Origin: a virus | Direction: 5' to 3' (one strand) | UHGV virus genome: UHGV-0072939 | Length of the DNA: 55,033 nucleotides | The notes under the pieces: generated by a model | Databases searched by the model: none | What the model saw: the letters and a program-made list of their open reading frames with translations, nothing else | What the model was told of the DNA's origin: nothing | Translations under genes and position numbers: made by a program | Shown: piece by piece, positions 27,055 to 35,459 of the stretch | How positions within the stretch are numbered: the first letter of the stretch is position 1 | Layout: the number at the start of each line of letters is the position of its first letter

Positions 27055-27077
27055 CAAAAAACCCCGCCGGGGCGAGG
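27055..27077 (-). terminator. hairpin flanked by A6 on the plus strand (T6 on the minus strand); candidate intrinsic terminator for leftward transcripts (tR'-like)
   Basis: sequence AAAAAACCCCGCCGGGGCGAGGTTT read directly; short GC stem with one mismatch. Confidence 0.35.
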
Positions 27078-27211
27078 TTTAGAAATCGTTTAAGTCCGTG
27101 ACGTAGTAACCACTCTTAACACGTTACTACACTTTTTGCGGACCGCATTAATGTTTTTTATCATTAAAACAGGTATTTTATGGAAAAAAATCAAACCATA
27201 GTGAGCAAATA

Positions 27212-28081
27212 GTGACCAATACTACTTCTTTTCAGATCTTCTATGATGCAGAAGATACTGAATTGGCACAGCATAAAATTGATGCAAAAACACTTAGCAT
27301 TTCCATAGGTTCTATGGCTGATTTGATTTCAGCCGCTGATAAACGGCTTAACGACGGTCAACAAACTGTGAAGTTGATGGTTACAAACCCGGCGGAGGCT
27401 GGCTCTCTCGGCGTATCCTATACGATGATGGAGCTTGTTCCGCATGCAATCAATGTTGCGAAAGTGATCGGATTGACAGGGTTAGCTGGCGCCGCAATTG
27501 GTGCACCTGCATTATCATTAATTCGACAGTTGGGAAGTAAGAAAGTCATTTCCATCACGAAACGAGCTGGTACAGACCAATCCGTTCTTGAGCTCGAAGG
27601 TGAAGAAATTGTTTGTCATGATTCTGTAGCCAAGCTAGTGACTGATCCAGAGATTAGGAATGCTTTAGTGAACGTAGTGCGAGCACCTTTAGACGGGAAA
27701 GAAGGCGCAGTGTTCAAAGTTCTGAATGAAGACGGTGTTGAAGTCGTGCGCTTGGAAGGTGAAGAAACTGAGGAAATAAAACCGCTTCCTAGGGGCACTT
27801 TGCTGGAAAAAGAAGAATCAGTGGAAGAAGTAAACGTAAGATTCGTCCAAATAAACTTCGAAGGAACAAAAGGTTGGAGGATTGAGTACCTCGGAGAGGA
27901 ACACGCTGTTTCGTTTGAGGATCAACTTTTTATACATCAAGTCCAAAATGGGATTGTTAGTTTCACCAAAGAAGATTTGTTTGTAGTTGACCTCAAAACA
28001 ACAAAAACTTTCACTGCACGTAATGCTTCAACCAAGTATGCTATAACCAGAGTTAAGCGAAAACGCCCTGCTGAGGCTTGA
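27212..28081 (+). CDS. hypothetical protein (289 aa), first gene of AT-rich three-gene operon
   Basis: long ORF; GTG at 27212 is the first in-frame start after a stop; a 10-codon upstream ORF (ATG 27180) ends TAG overlapping this GTG; no family recognised. Confidence 0.5.
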   Translation: MTNTTSFQIFYDAEDTELAQHKIDAKTLSISIGSMADLISAADKRLNDGQQTVKLMVTNPAEAGSLGVSYTMMELVPHAINVAKVIGLTGLAGAAIGAPALSLIRQLGSKKVISITKRAGTDQSVLELEGEEIVCHDSVAKLVTDPEIRNALVNVVRAPLDGKEGAVFKVLNEDGVEVVRLEGEETEEIKPLPRGTLLEKEESVEEVNVRFVQINFEGTKGWRIEYLGEEHAVSFEDQLFIHQVQNGIVSFTKEDLFVVDLKTTKTFTARNASTKYAITRVKRKRPAEA

Positions 28082-28137
28082 TTAACGTGGCATTAAACTT
28101 GCAAATAGCGCAACTGATCTTCTGGATAGGAGTGGTT

Positions 28138-28347
28138 ATGATCATTCCTACCTTTAGTCGTTTCTGCTATTCGGCATCTGCTTTGCTATGGCGTCGATTG
28201 TTTCCTACCAGGACCTTTGAGTTCCGGTATCACGATGAAGATACTGGTACAACTAAAACACTCATTGTTAAGGTACCAAGAAAAAACGGGAAAATGCTTA
28301 CCAGTCTTATTGATGAGGCTATTTCGGAGAATTCAAAACAAAAATGA
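28138..28347 (+). CDS. hypothetical small protein (69 aa)
   Basis: ATG 28138 with GGAG SD 7 nt upstream; stop TGA overlaps next ATG (ATGA). Confidence 0.45.
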   Translation: MIIPTFSRFCYSASALLWRRLFPTRTFEFRYHDEDTGTTKTLIVKVPRKNGKMLTSLIDEAISENSKQK

Positions 28348-28766
28348 GTTCTCAAAGTAAAGGGTTAAGTACTGGAAAAGCGACACTTTCCACTGGAGGT
28401 TGGGGAGCAATACTCAGCGTTTTAGTTGGTGCTGTTCTTACCGACCCCAACAGTGTGTGGAGGACGGTTGCTTATGCCCTAGTGCCAGGTGTTGCTGCTG
28501 TCCTTACCTACGTGATGAATTGGTTCATTTCTCGGCATGGGTTTGAATCACCAGAAGATGCAGCTAAACGAGCGAAGTGTAAACGCGATTTAGCAGAGAT
28601 CGAAAAACAGCTACGTTCAGAGCATTTAACCTCTGAAATTGAATCTAGGCTGATGCAGGCAAAGGCCAAGACAATTGAAATACTCGTTTCTATTGGCAGC
28701 GACTCAATCCTTGAGGCCTCATCACGTTCGAGCCAACTACCAGATACTGCCGGGCCCAAAGGCTGA
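28344..28766 (+). CDS. hypothetical membrane protein (140 aa, two predicted TM helices, charged C-terminal half)
   Basis: hydrophobic segments GGWGAILSVLVGAVL and VAYALVPGVAAVLTYVMNWFI; translationally coupled to upstream gene. Confidence 0.55.
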   Translation: MSSQSKGLSTGKATLSTGGWGAILSVLVGAVLTDPNSVWRTVAYALVPGVAAVLTYVMNWFISRHGFESPEDAAKRAKCKRDLAEIEKQLRSEHLTSEIESRLMQAKAKTIEILVSIGSDSILEASSRSSQLPDTAGPKG

Positions 28767-28788
28767 CCGGCAGTCTTGAACTTAACAA

Positions 28789-29154
28789 TCAATTATCCAT
28801 TTCAAGTCGAATATCAAGCATAGCCAAACATCCGTCTATAAATCCTTCTGCCATCTGCATCTCAATTCGGATCAATTTTTCGTCTTTTTTGCGCATCTTT
28901 GCAATCTTGCGTTTTGAAATGCCATAAAGGTAATGAGCTACCAGAAGAGAATGCTCATATGGCTTTCTTTTCTTTAATTGAGCCAAACACCCTTCAATGA
29001 TGAGAGCATCATCATCGGTACAGGACAATCGCGATTTACTACTCTGTGGCAAGAGCCCCTTAAACCCTGCCGCAATTGGTGAATAATCAACGCCAGAGTT
29101 GTCACTGGCCGCCCATCCTCCCCAGCATTCCAGGACTTTTTGCATATCACGCAT
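28789..29154 (-). CDS. late-gene antitermination protein Q-like
   Basis: 121 aa; position upstream of lysis genes; recalled Q-family resemblance. Confidence 0.6.
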   Translation of the reverse strand: MRDMQKVLECWGGWAASDNSGVDYSPIAAGFKGLLPQSSKSRLSCTDDDALIIEGCLAQLKKRKPYEHSLLVAHYLYGISKRKIAKMRKKDEKLIRIEMQMAEGFIDGCLAMLDIRLEMDN

Positions 29155-29169
29155 TTATGTTCTCCATAC

Positions 29170-30231
29170 TTACACTTTAACAATTACGCCGATCGCCAGC
29201 GCCCGATCCAGAACGCGAAACAGCAGCTCCAGCTGCGTGCCGTGCTTCTTCTCGAACGCCGCTACATCGGCATGCAACTCGTCGTGGCACTCTCTGCACA
29301 GAGGGATCACGAAGAGGTCGTGGGCTTTTGTAGCTGTACCGCCCATACCATGCCCGATGATATGGTGCGGGTCGTCTGCCGGACGGCGGCAACCTTCGCA
29401 GGGCTGAACCTTTACCCAGCGGGTGTATTTCTCGTTCTCCCAGCGGCGGCGCTTCGGTCGCAGCATGAATGATTCCGGCGATTCCGGATCGATCCTCAGC
29501 GCCAGCACCGCGGGCTGCTCCTGCACCTCCTGCGGGTTTGTGCTGCTCCTGCACTGTTTTACTGCTCCTGCGGTTGCAGCCTTCTCCTGCAGGATGCTGG
29601 TGGCCGGCGGCATTGGGACAATGTCGCTTTCCCGGTAAAACGGCAGAAACGGCTCATCGGGCATCTGCAGCGCGCGGCGGGCCATCGTTTCAGGGATTGC
29701 ACCGGCGATACCTGCACAGACCGCCCACCAGCACAGCTCACCCAGCGACAGCTCCCGCTCTTTGTTGAAACCCAGCGCCGCGAGCACAGTATCAATCACC
29801 CAGGCGACAACGTTACGGCGCGCCAGCTCCGCCAGCTGCTCTGTCGTCTGCTGGCGCAACTCGTTATCGCAGTGCCAGCACAGCACCATCGCACCGGGCG
29901 GGTGGCGCATAGCAACCAGCTCCTTATGGTGGTAGCCGGAGTGCTGATACTGGCACTGATGCACACGGTGCAGCAGCCAGAACTCGAGACCGGGCAATCC
30001 GCCGGCGGCACGCATAACCCGCTCGTCGGTGAAGAAGGAAACAAGAAGCGGATCATCGGCCAGAGGCTGCCGGGCATCGGGAACACGGCCTGACGGAAGC
30101 GCGGCCATGCTCCTGGGCTCGGATTCCACCAGCACACGGCCGTCACTGAACAGGCGCATCAGGTCTTTACCCGGCTTCAGCAGCACCAGGCCGAGGCGCG
30201 GTACCGTTTCGGCTGTCAACAATGCTCTCAC
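29170..30231 (-). CDS. DUF968-like phage protein with Cys/His-rich C-terminal region
   Basis: 353 aa; C-terminal CEGCRRPADDPHHIIGHGMGGTATKAHDLFVIPLCRECHDELH resembles DUF968 of lambdoid nin regions. Confidence 0.55.
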   Translation of the reverse strand: MRALLTAETVPRLGLVLLKPGKDLMRLFSDGRVLVESEPRSMAALPSGRVPDARQPLADDPLLVSFFTDERVMRAAGGLPGLEFWLLHRVHQCQYQHSGYHHKELVAMRHPPGAMVLCWHCDNELRQQTTEQLAELARRNVVAWVIDTVLAALGFNKERELSLGELCWWAVCAGIAGAIPETMARRALQMPDEPFLPFYRESDIVPMPPATSILQEKAATAGAVKQCRSSTNPQEVQEQPAVLALRIDPESPESFMLRPKRRRWENEKYTRWVKVQPCEGCRRPADDPHHIIGHGMGGTATKAHDLFVIPLCRECHDELHADVAAFEKKHGTQLELLFRVLDRALAIGVIVKV

Positions 30232-30929
30232 GCTGCATGCCCCTTAGCGATATGCGCCGTCCACAGTCCGCCGATCCACTCAACACCTTTTGCGGTAAAG
30301 CGCGCCTGGCTGAATGCATAGTTCGATTCACTGGTGGTCCCGGTTTTTACCTCAAACCGCCCGGCGTTAATGTGCTGGTGCCGCGGAGTCAGTACGCCCC
30401 CGAGGCGGTACATGATGTCGCTGTCGATGAGGAACAGGCGGAAGTCGGTCTCTTTGGCGTTCAGGAGCTTTGCCACCTGGCGAAATGACATTGACCCTTT
30501 CGCGGTACAGTAGCGATCGACAAACTCGACCTTTGGCGCCGCGGCGGCCAGCTGCTGTGTCAGTTGCTCTTTCTGCTCAGCGAGGTCTGCCGCCAGGCGA
30601 AGCGCTTCCGGGAGTGACTGCGGCACACTGACCTGCTGACCGTTCTCCAGCTCAAGCCAGCGATCGATAATGCGTTTACGCAGCACCACGTTGTACCCGG
30701 AGACCAGCGTAAGGCATAAGTCTTTTGGCAGGTGGTAAAGCGGATAGCTGCGCCCGCGGTCGTCCCGGTAATCTCCTAAAAATTCAGGAGATGAAATATT
30801 GAGCTGTTCGAACATATTGCGGATATCGGCCATGACGTTGTCGTGCCGCTTATCACACAGACCTGCAATCTCCAGGCTGCTCATCGCCGGGAAGCCTGGG
30901 ACACTTTTAACGTTAGTTAACTGGGTCAT
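30228..30929 (-). CDS. antirepressor-like protein (Rha-type N-terminal domain plus KilAC/Ant-type C-terminal domain)
   Basis: 233 aa; recalled domain resemblance. Confidence 0.65.
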   Translation of the reverse strand: MTQLTNVKSVPGFPAMSSLEIAGLCDKRHDNVMADIRNMFEQLNISSPEFLGDYRDDRGRSYPLYHLPKDLCLTLVSGYNVVLRKRIIDRWLELENGQQVSVPQSLPEALRLAADLAEQKEQLTQQLAAAAPKVEFVDRYCTAKGSMSFRQVAKLLNAKETDFRLFLIDSDIMYRLGGVLTPRHQHINAGRFEVKTGTTSESNYAFSQARFTAKGVEWIGGLWTAHIAKGHAA

Positions 30930-30943
30930 GCTTTTTCTCCATA

Positions 30944-31330
30944 TCAGGCGGCTGCACCCGCCGGTTCGTATTGGCTGATCGTTATCTCAACCCTGCCTTT
31001 CGTCACCACTGGCCCCCACTCCACCAGCATGCGTTTTACCTGGCTGTCATCCTCCCACACGCCAGCATGTGTCAGCGCGTCAAACAGCGCTTTGTTGTAG
31101 TTGTCCAGATCCCGGCGGCGCGCGTCCGGCGGATACAGGGTGATTTCGACTGCAGCAGGCGCTGTTGATGGCTTCGGCAGCCTGCGCAGCTGCTCAATGA
31201 TCGCCGCGCAGGCCGCGCTCTGGTATTTGCGGCCGTCAGCACTGATAAGATGGCGCCCGGCCAGCGGCCCCTTGTTAGGGGCGCGCCAGTAGGTGTTAAC
31301 GCTCGGAGGAAACGGCAGCACCAGCTTCAT
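30944..31330 (-). CDS. rusA: Holliday junction resolvase RusA-like
   Basis: about 128 aa from ATG 31330 (MKLVLPFPPSVN...), characteristic RusA N-terminus and DxDN-containing core. Confidence 0.8.
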   Translation of the reverse strand: MKLVLPFPPSVNTYWRAPNKGPLAGRHLISADGRKYQSAACAAIIEQLRRLPKPSTAPAAVEITLYPPDARRRDLDNYNKALFDALTHAGVWEDDSQVKRMLVEWGPVVTKGRVEITISQYEPAGAAA

Positions 31331-33366
31331 GCCACCTCCCGCTGCGGATCCGCGCACATCTCAGGTAAGTTTGCCTCCACCAGCGCGCGGGCGAATGGTG
31401 GCGGGACGGCGTTGCCGCAGCGCGCGACCTGCTTATCCTTCGCGTAGCGGTTGCCCCGGTAGTCCTGATCGATAACGTAGCCATCCGGGAAGCCCTGGGC
31501 TTTGTACAACTCATGGGGCTGCAACATACGCATGCCGATATCAACAATCTGGTACTTAACACCCTCGATCGTCACCAGCCATTCGTCTTCGCTTTCCCCG
31601 CAGTAGGTTTCCAGGAATGTCCGAACCTCCCCTACATGCTGGCCGCCGGCGGTGATGGTTGGCATCGGTTCGTCCAGGCGCTGCCCGTCGCGGCATGTTC
31701 CCCTTAATTTGATTAGATGCGACGTCACCATCGCGCTATCAGCTTTTGTAGTCAGGGTTTGAATAGGCTCACTTACATCCCTAGGACGGCTCTGCCCGGC
31801 ACGACCGCCTACACCTACGACCTGTGCACTTACAAGTGCGTGGTGATCGACCGTCGTCACGGAGTGTGCTGGCTCATCCAGACCCACGCCCGGGCCCGTA
31901 TAATTCCCGCCGTAGTGCTTCGCCAGGAATGCGCTCACCGTTGCAAACTTATTGCCACCAGCGGTAACTGTGCCCAACGGGGTATCGATTTTCAGCACGT
32001 GCGGCTGCTGCCCCGGACGCTCACCGTAGCCCATCTGTATCAGGGTTGGTGTAACCAACTGGGATTTACCGCCACCACCCGCTGTGATGGTCGCACTCGG
32101 CTCATCCGCCCGGTGGCCGATACTGGCGCCGAACTGGCGGGCAATCACTGGCGTAACCAGGCAGGCGCGGGATTGCTTCAGGATAGTGTGGGCAGGCTTA
32201 TTCAGCGCGCGCGGCTTCGCCTGGTATTCGCTGCCGCCGTTGCCAGCCAGGAATGGTGTCAGCGCCGCCTCAACAACGCCTAGGGCATGACCATTCCCGC
32301 CCGGACGCGCCGATGTGCCAGCGGTCACCGTAGGAACCGGTTCGGTAACGGGTTGCCCGGTTGCGCCGGTGCGGAATTTAGTCAGGTGCGGTACCGCTAT
32401 CGCGTAGCCGTGGGTTTTGGTGATGGTCTGCAGCGGCGCGCCCAGCTCCTGACCACGAAAACAGTCATAGCTACCTTTCGTCGTGGTGTGGTTACATTTC
32501 ACGATGAACGGCGAGGCGCTCTCGATGACAAACCGCTGGATACCGCGCGCAATACGCTTCAGGGTATTTTCTGCCAGGGGCTTTTTGCGATCGAAGATAG
32601 AAAGCGCCGGGATATTCCAGTCGATACACTCCGCCGCGGTGCGCCACGGCGCCAGCCTGCCGCTCTGCACTTCCAGTGATTTCGGATCCCCGTGGGTCGG
32701 TTCAGGCCAGTGAATGGCTTTACCATCGCAGCGCATGACCATAAAGAAACGGCGACGGATTGTCGGCGCGCCATAGTCGCACGCGCGCAGCTCGCGATAA
32801 TCGACGTCATAGCCGAGCCCGGCAACCAGCTGTTGCGCCTGCCCGCTGCCAGGTTCAATAGAGAGAAATTCGCAGACCTCAGCCAGCGCCGGATGATCTG
32901 CCGGGATCCCCGTTGACAGCATAGCGACAAACGCCGTGAACGTTTCGCCAGCACGCGCAGGATCCGGGCGCATTTCGTCAGCCAGCAGCGGCCCCCACGT
33001 TTTAAACTCTTCGACGTTCTCCAGCATCATTACGCGTGGTCGCTTCGCCAGCGCCCAGCGGATAACTACCCACGCCAGCCCGCGGATTTCCTTCTTCACC
33101 GGCTTCGCGCCTTTCGCCTTTGAAAAATGGCGGCAGTCGGGGCTGAACCATGCCAGGCCAACAGGATGCGCGCCAGTGGCAGCAACCGGATCCACATCAA
33201 ACACCGATTCGCAGTAATGCAGCGTGTCGGGGTGGTTGGTCTTGTGCATGGCGATGGCGTTTTCGTCGTGGTTGATGGCAATATCCACGCTGCGCCCTAT
33301 GGCGAGTTCGATCCCGGTAGAGGCACCGCCGCCGCCGGCGAAGTTATCAACGATAATTTCACGCAC
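31327..33366 (-). CDS. DNA cytosine-5 methyltransferase with long C-terminal extension
   Basis: 679 aa; motif I FAGGGG, motif IV-like SPDCRHFS, motif VI ENV (MLENVEEF). Confidence 0.8.
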   Translation of the reverse strand: MREIIVDNFAGGGGASTGIELAIGRSVDIAINHDENAIAMHKTNHPDTLHYCESVFDVDPVAATGAHPVGLAWFSPDCRHFSKAKGAKPVKKEIRGLAWVVIRWALAKRPRVMMLENVEEFKTWGPLLADEMRPDPARAGETFTAFVAMLSTGIPADHPALAEVCEFLSIEPGSGQAQQLVAGLGYDVDYRELRACDYGAPTIRRRFFMVMRCDGKAIHWPEPTHGDPKSLEVQSGRLAPWRTAAECIDWNIPALSIFDRKKPLAENTLKRIARGIQRFVIESASPFIVKCNHTTTKGSYDCFRGQELGAPLQTITKTHGYAIAVPHLTKFRTGATGQPVTEPVPTVTAGTSARPGGNGHALGVVEAALTPFLAGNGGSEYQAKPRALNKPAHTILKQSRACLVTPVIARQFGASIGHRADEPSATITAGGGGKSQLVTPTLIQMGYGERPGQQPHVLKIDTPLGTVTAGGNKFATVSAFLAKHYGGNYTGPGVGLDEPAHSVTTVDHHALVSAQVVGVGGRAGQSRPRDVSEPIQTLTTKADSAMVTSHLIKLRGTCRDGQRLDEPMPTITAGGQHVGEVRTFLETYCGESEDEWLVTIEGVKYQIVDIGMRMLQPHELYKAQGFPDGYVIDQDYRGNRYAKDKQVARCGNAVPPPFARALVEANLPEMCADPQREVA

Positions 33367-34258
33367 TGGTCACCCCCTGTATGCTGCTGACCAGTCCACC
33401 AGCAACCGTTATGATTTCGCTGGTTGGCATACGCTCGAGCCACAGCTGGTTAATGTTCGCTTTCAGCTTGTTCTGCTGCGATGCATCCAGAGAATCCGCC
33501 CCCTCAACCTGGTTGAACACCAGACCAACCTCAAGCGGCCAGATACGCGAATCCACATCAGGTAATGCTGCTGGCGCTACAATGGGTTCTTCTTGCTCTG
33601 GCGCCGTGGTGGCTGGTGGCTGAACCTTACCCGCGGCAAATTCGACAAGCGCCATGAAAGCCTGGCCTTTAGCCTCCAGCTCTGTGCGGTGGATATAGCT
33701 GAAGCGCTCGCCGCGCCAGGTCTTGTCAAACACAGCGATGGCGCCCGCAAAAAATGCGCTGGTGGGCTGCTGCTTGTCGTCTACAGGTACAAACCATTCC
33801 GGAAGGTCAAAACCGATGCGACCGCGGATGAAAACAATGTGGTCTGCATCTTCCGGCCACCATGTTTCGCTTGGTGCTGCTTTGACCAGAAACACATAGC
33901 GACCGCCCTTCTCTCGCATGGCCATCGTGTGGTTAATGATGTGGGTCATCCCGGTGATTGCCTGCTTTTCGTGGTACTGCGATCGGCTGTATGGCGGGTT
34001 AGCAAACGCGGCGCCGCCGAGTTCCGCCAGGCGCTCAGACCAGTCCTGCGTCAGCGCGTTGTCTTCTGCGGTATACCAGGCAGGGCATTTAGCGTTGCTG
34101 TCGTCGGCAAAGAGGTCCAGCACCAGCGGGCCAAACATCGCATTAATCCCCCAGAACAGCAGCTCCGGCGTGCGCCACTGATCGCCAACTTCTTTCAGCT
34201 TGTGAGCGTTCCTGCTGCGCATTTCCGCCAGCGCCTGGCAGTATTTATTTTCATTCAT
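33359..34258 (-). CDS. phage Dam-type N6-adenine DNA methyltransferase with extra C-terminal domain
   Basis: 299 aa; FANPPYS motif and N-terminal WRTP...DLFA pattern of phage N6A-MTases. Confidence 0.75.
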   Translation of the reverse strand: MNENKYCQALAEMRSRNAHKLKEVGDQWRTPELLFWGINAMFGPLVLDLFADDSNAKCPAWYTAEDNALTQDWSERLAELGGAAFANPPYSRSQYHEKQAITGMTHIINHTMAMREKGGRYVFLVKAAPSETWWPEDADHIVFIRGRIGFDLPEWFVPVDDKQQPTSAFFAGAIAVFDKTWRGERFSYIHRTELEAKGQAFMALVEFAAGKVQPPATTAPEQEEPIVAPAALPDVDSRIWPLEVGLVFNQVEGADSLDASQQNKLKANINQLWLERMPTSEIITVAGGLVSSIQGVTSA

Positions 34259-35115
34259 CCCCTGAACCCCTCAGGAATCTTGGTATCAACTGGCCCGAAC
34301 TTCACAGGATCATGCTTACGAGCTGCATCCCAGTACTGGCGCTCCGGGCGGCCTTTGCTATCCCAGCGGGTAGCGCTGGACAGGTACCCTTCGAACTTTT
34401 TCGGCCCAAACAGGGTTTCAGGACGCATGTACTGGTACTGCTCATCGTTGCCGTTCCAGTGCTCGTGCTTCAGGTCAATAACCAGCTTCAGGTCATTGAC
34501 GCTGTAACCTTCCCGCAGACGGGCGCGGATGTTTTCCAGCGAGGTCCTTGATTTCTGGTAGCGCGATCCGCTGACCTGGTTCAGATGGAGCAAAACTTCA
34601 ATCGCATGGTCAGTAATCACCACTTCCGGGTCGGGTTGCGCAGCAACCGGACAAGAAGGTTTTTTATTTACTGATGGATCAGTAGTTGTATTTACTGACG
34701 GATCCCCGCCAGATCCTGACGGGTGAAAACGCCCCTTTTTGCCGGATTCTGATGCATCAGATTTTGACGGGTCAGATTTTGATGCGTCAGAATTTGACGT
34801 GTCAGAATCTGACAGGTGAGAAAAGGCCGCAGCCTGAAGCTTTGCCACATTCAGCTGGTAAACGTTTGAAGCATTGCGGTTACCGTTGCGGCGTTGTTTG
34901 CGTGACAACCAGCCCTCCTGCTCAAGCTTACCGATGGCGGTACGTACGGTGCTTTCCCCCGCCCCTATCTGCCGGGCAATGGTCCCGATAGACGGCCAGC
35001 ACACGCCCTCGTCACTGCTGAAGTCGGCCAGGCGCGCCATGATGGCAACGCTGGACAGCTTCATGCCAGAAGCGGCGCAAGCGTCCCATACGTAGCCGGT
35101 TAATTTAGTGCTCAT
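34255..35115 (-). CDS. replication initiation protein (lambda O-like role), ori iterons inside the gene
   Basis: 286 aa; N-terminal winged-helix-like region, low-complexity SD-rich linker encoded by iteron-like repeats, conserved C-terminal phage replication domain. Confidence 0.7.
   Translation of the reverse strand: MSTKLTGYVWDACAASGMKLSSVAIMARLADFSSDEGVCWPSIGTIARQIGAGESTVRTAIGKLEQEGWLSRKQRRNGNRNASNVYQLNVAKLQAAAFSHLSDSDTSNSDASKSDPSKSDASESGKKGRFHPSGSGGDPSVNTTTDPSVNKKPSCPVAAQPDPEVVITDHAIEVLLHLNQVSGSRYQKSRTSLENIRARLREGYSVNDLKLVIDLKHEHWNGNDEQYQYMRPETLFGPKKFEGYLSSATRWDSKGRPERQYWDAARKHDPVKFGPVDTKIPEGFRG
34667..34818. repeat. iteron-like direct repeats (about eight copies of a 15-bp unit with core CTGA(C/T)G); candidate replication origin
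   Basis: tandem units TCAGATTTTGACGGG / TCAGATTTTGATGCG / TCAGAATTTGACGTG / TCAGAATCTGACAGG read directly at 34758-34818, with further copies upstream to 34667. Confidence 0.55.
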
Positions 35116-35287
35116 GGTCGTTCTTTATCTCCCTGAACTTGCGCTGAAACTGCTCGAGCGGGCTGAAACATTCACCGTGTTCATAGTCCTCGCGCAGGTA
35201 GATAACGCGCCTCGTTTCTGGCTCCCAGCGAATAACACGGACGGGCACGCCGTGGTGGTCTTTGAACCTTCGGTTAACTTCGCGCAT
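35105..35287 (-). CDS. hypothetical small protein (60 aa)
   Basis: ORF only; overlaps replication gene start. Confidence 0.35.
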   Translation of the reverse strand: MREVNRRFKDHHGVPVRVIRWEPETRRVIYLREDYEHGECFSPLEQFQRKFREIKNDHEH

Positions 35288-35459
35288 AAGCGTTTCGCCT
35301 TCCTGTAGTAAACACCCACAATTGCGGCCGCCCGACTGTGGTTACATGGCACCCAGCGGTTTGATATTCTGCGTTCATACCGAAACAGCGGAGTTCCCTG
35401 CACCGGGATCATCCTCAGTTGCGGTAAACGGTTAAAAGCCGTTAAACTGGTCATGCGGA

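Noticed and set aside
28746-28774. Intrinsic terminator call for the inverted repeat ACTGCCGG/CCGGCAGT after the three-gene operon
   Set aside because: Perfect 8-bp stem but a 13-nt loop and no U-tract on either strand; kept as a structural observation within the operon finding, not annotated as a terminator
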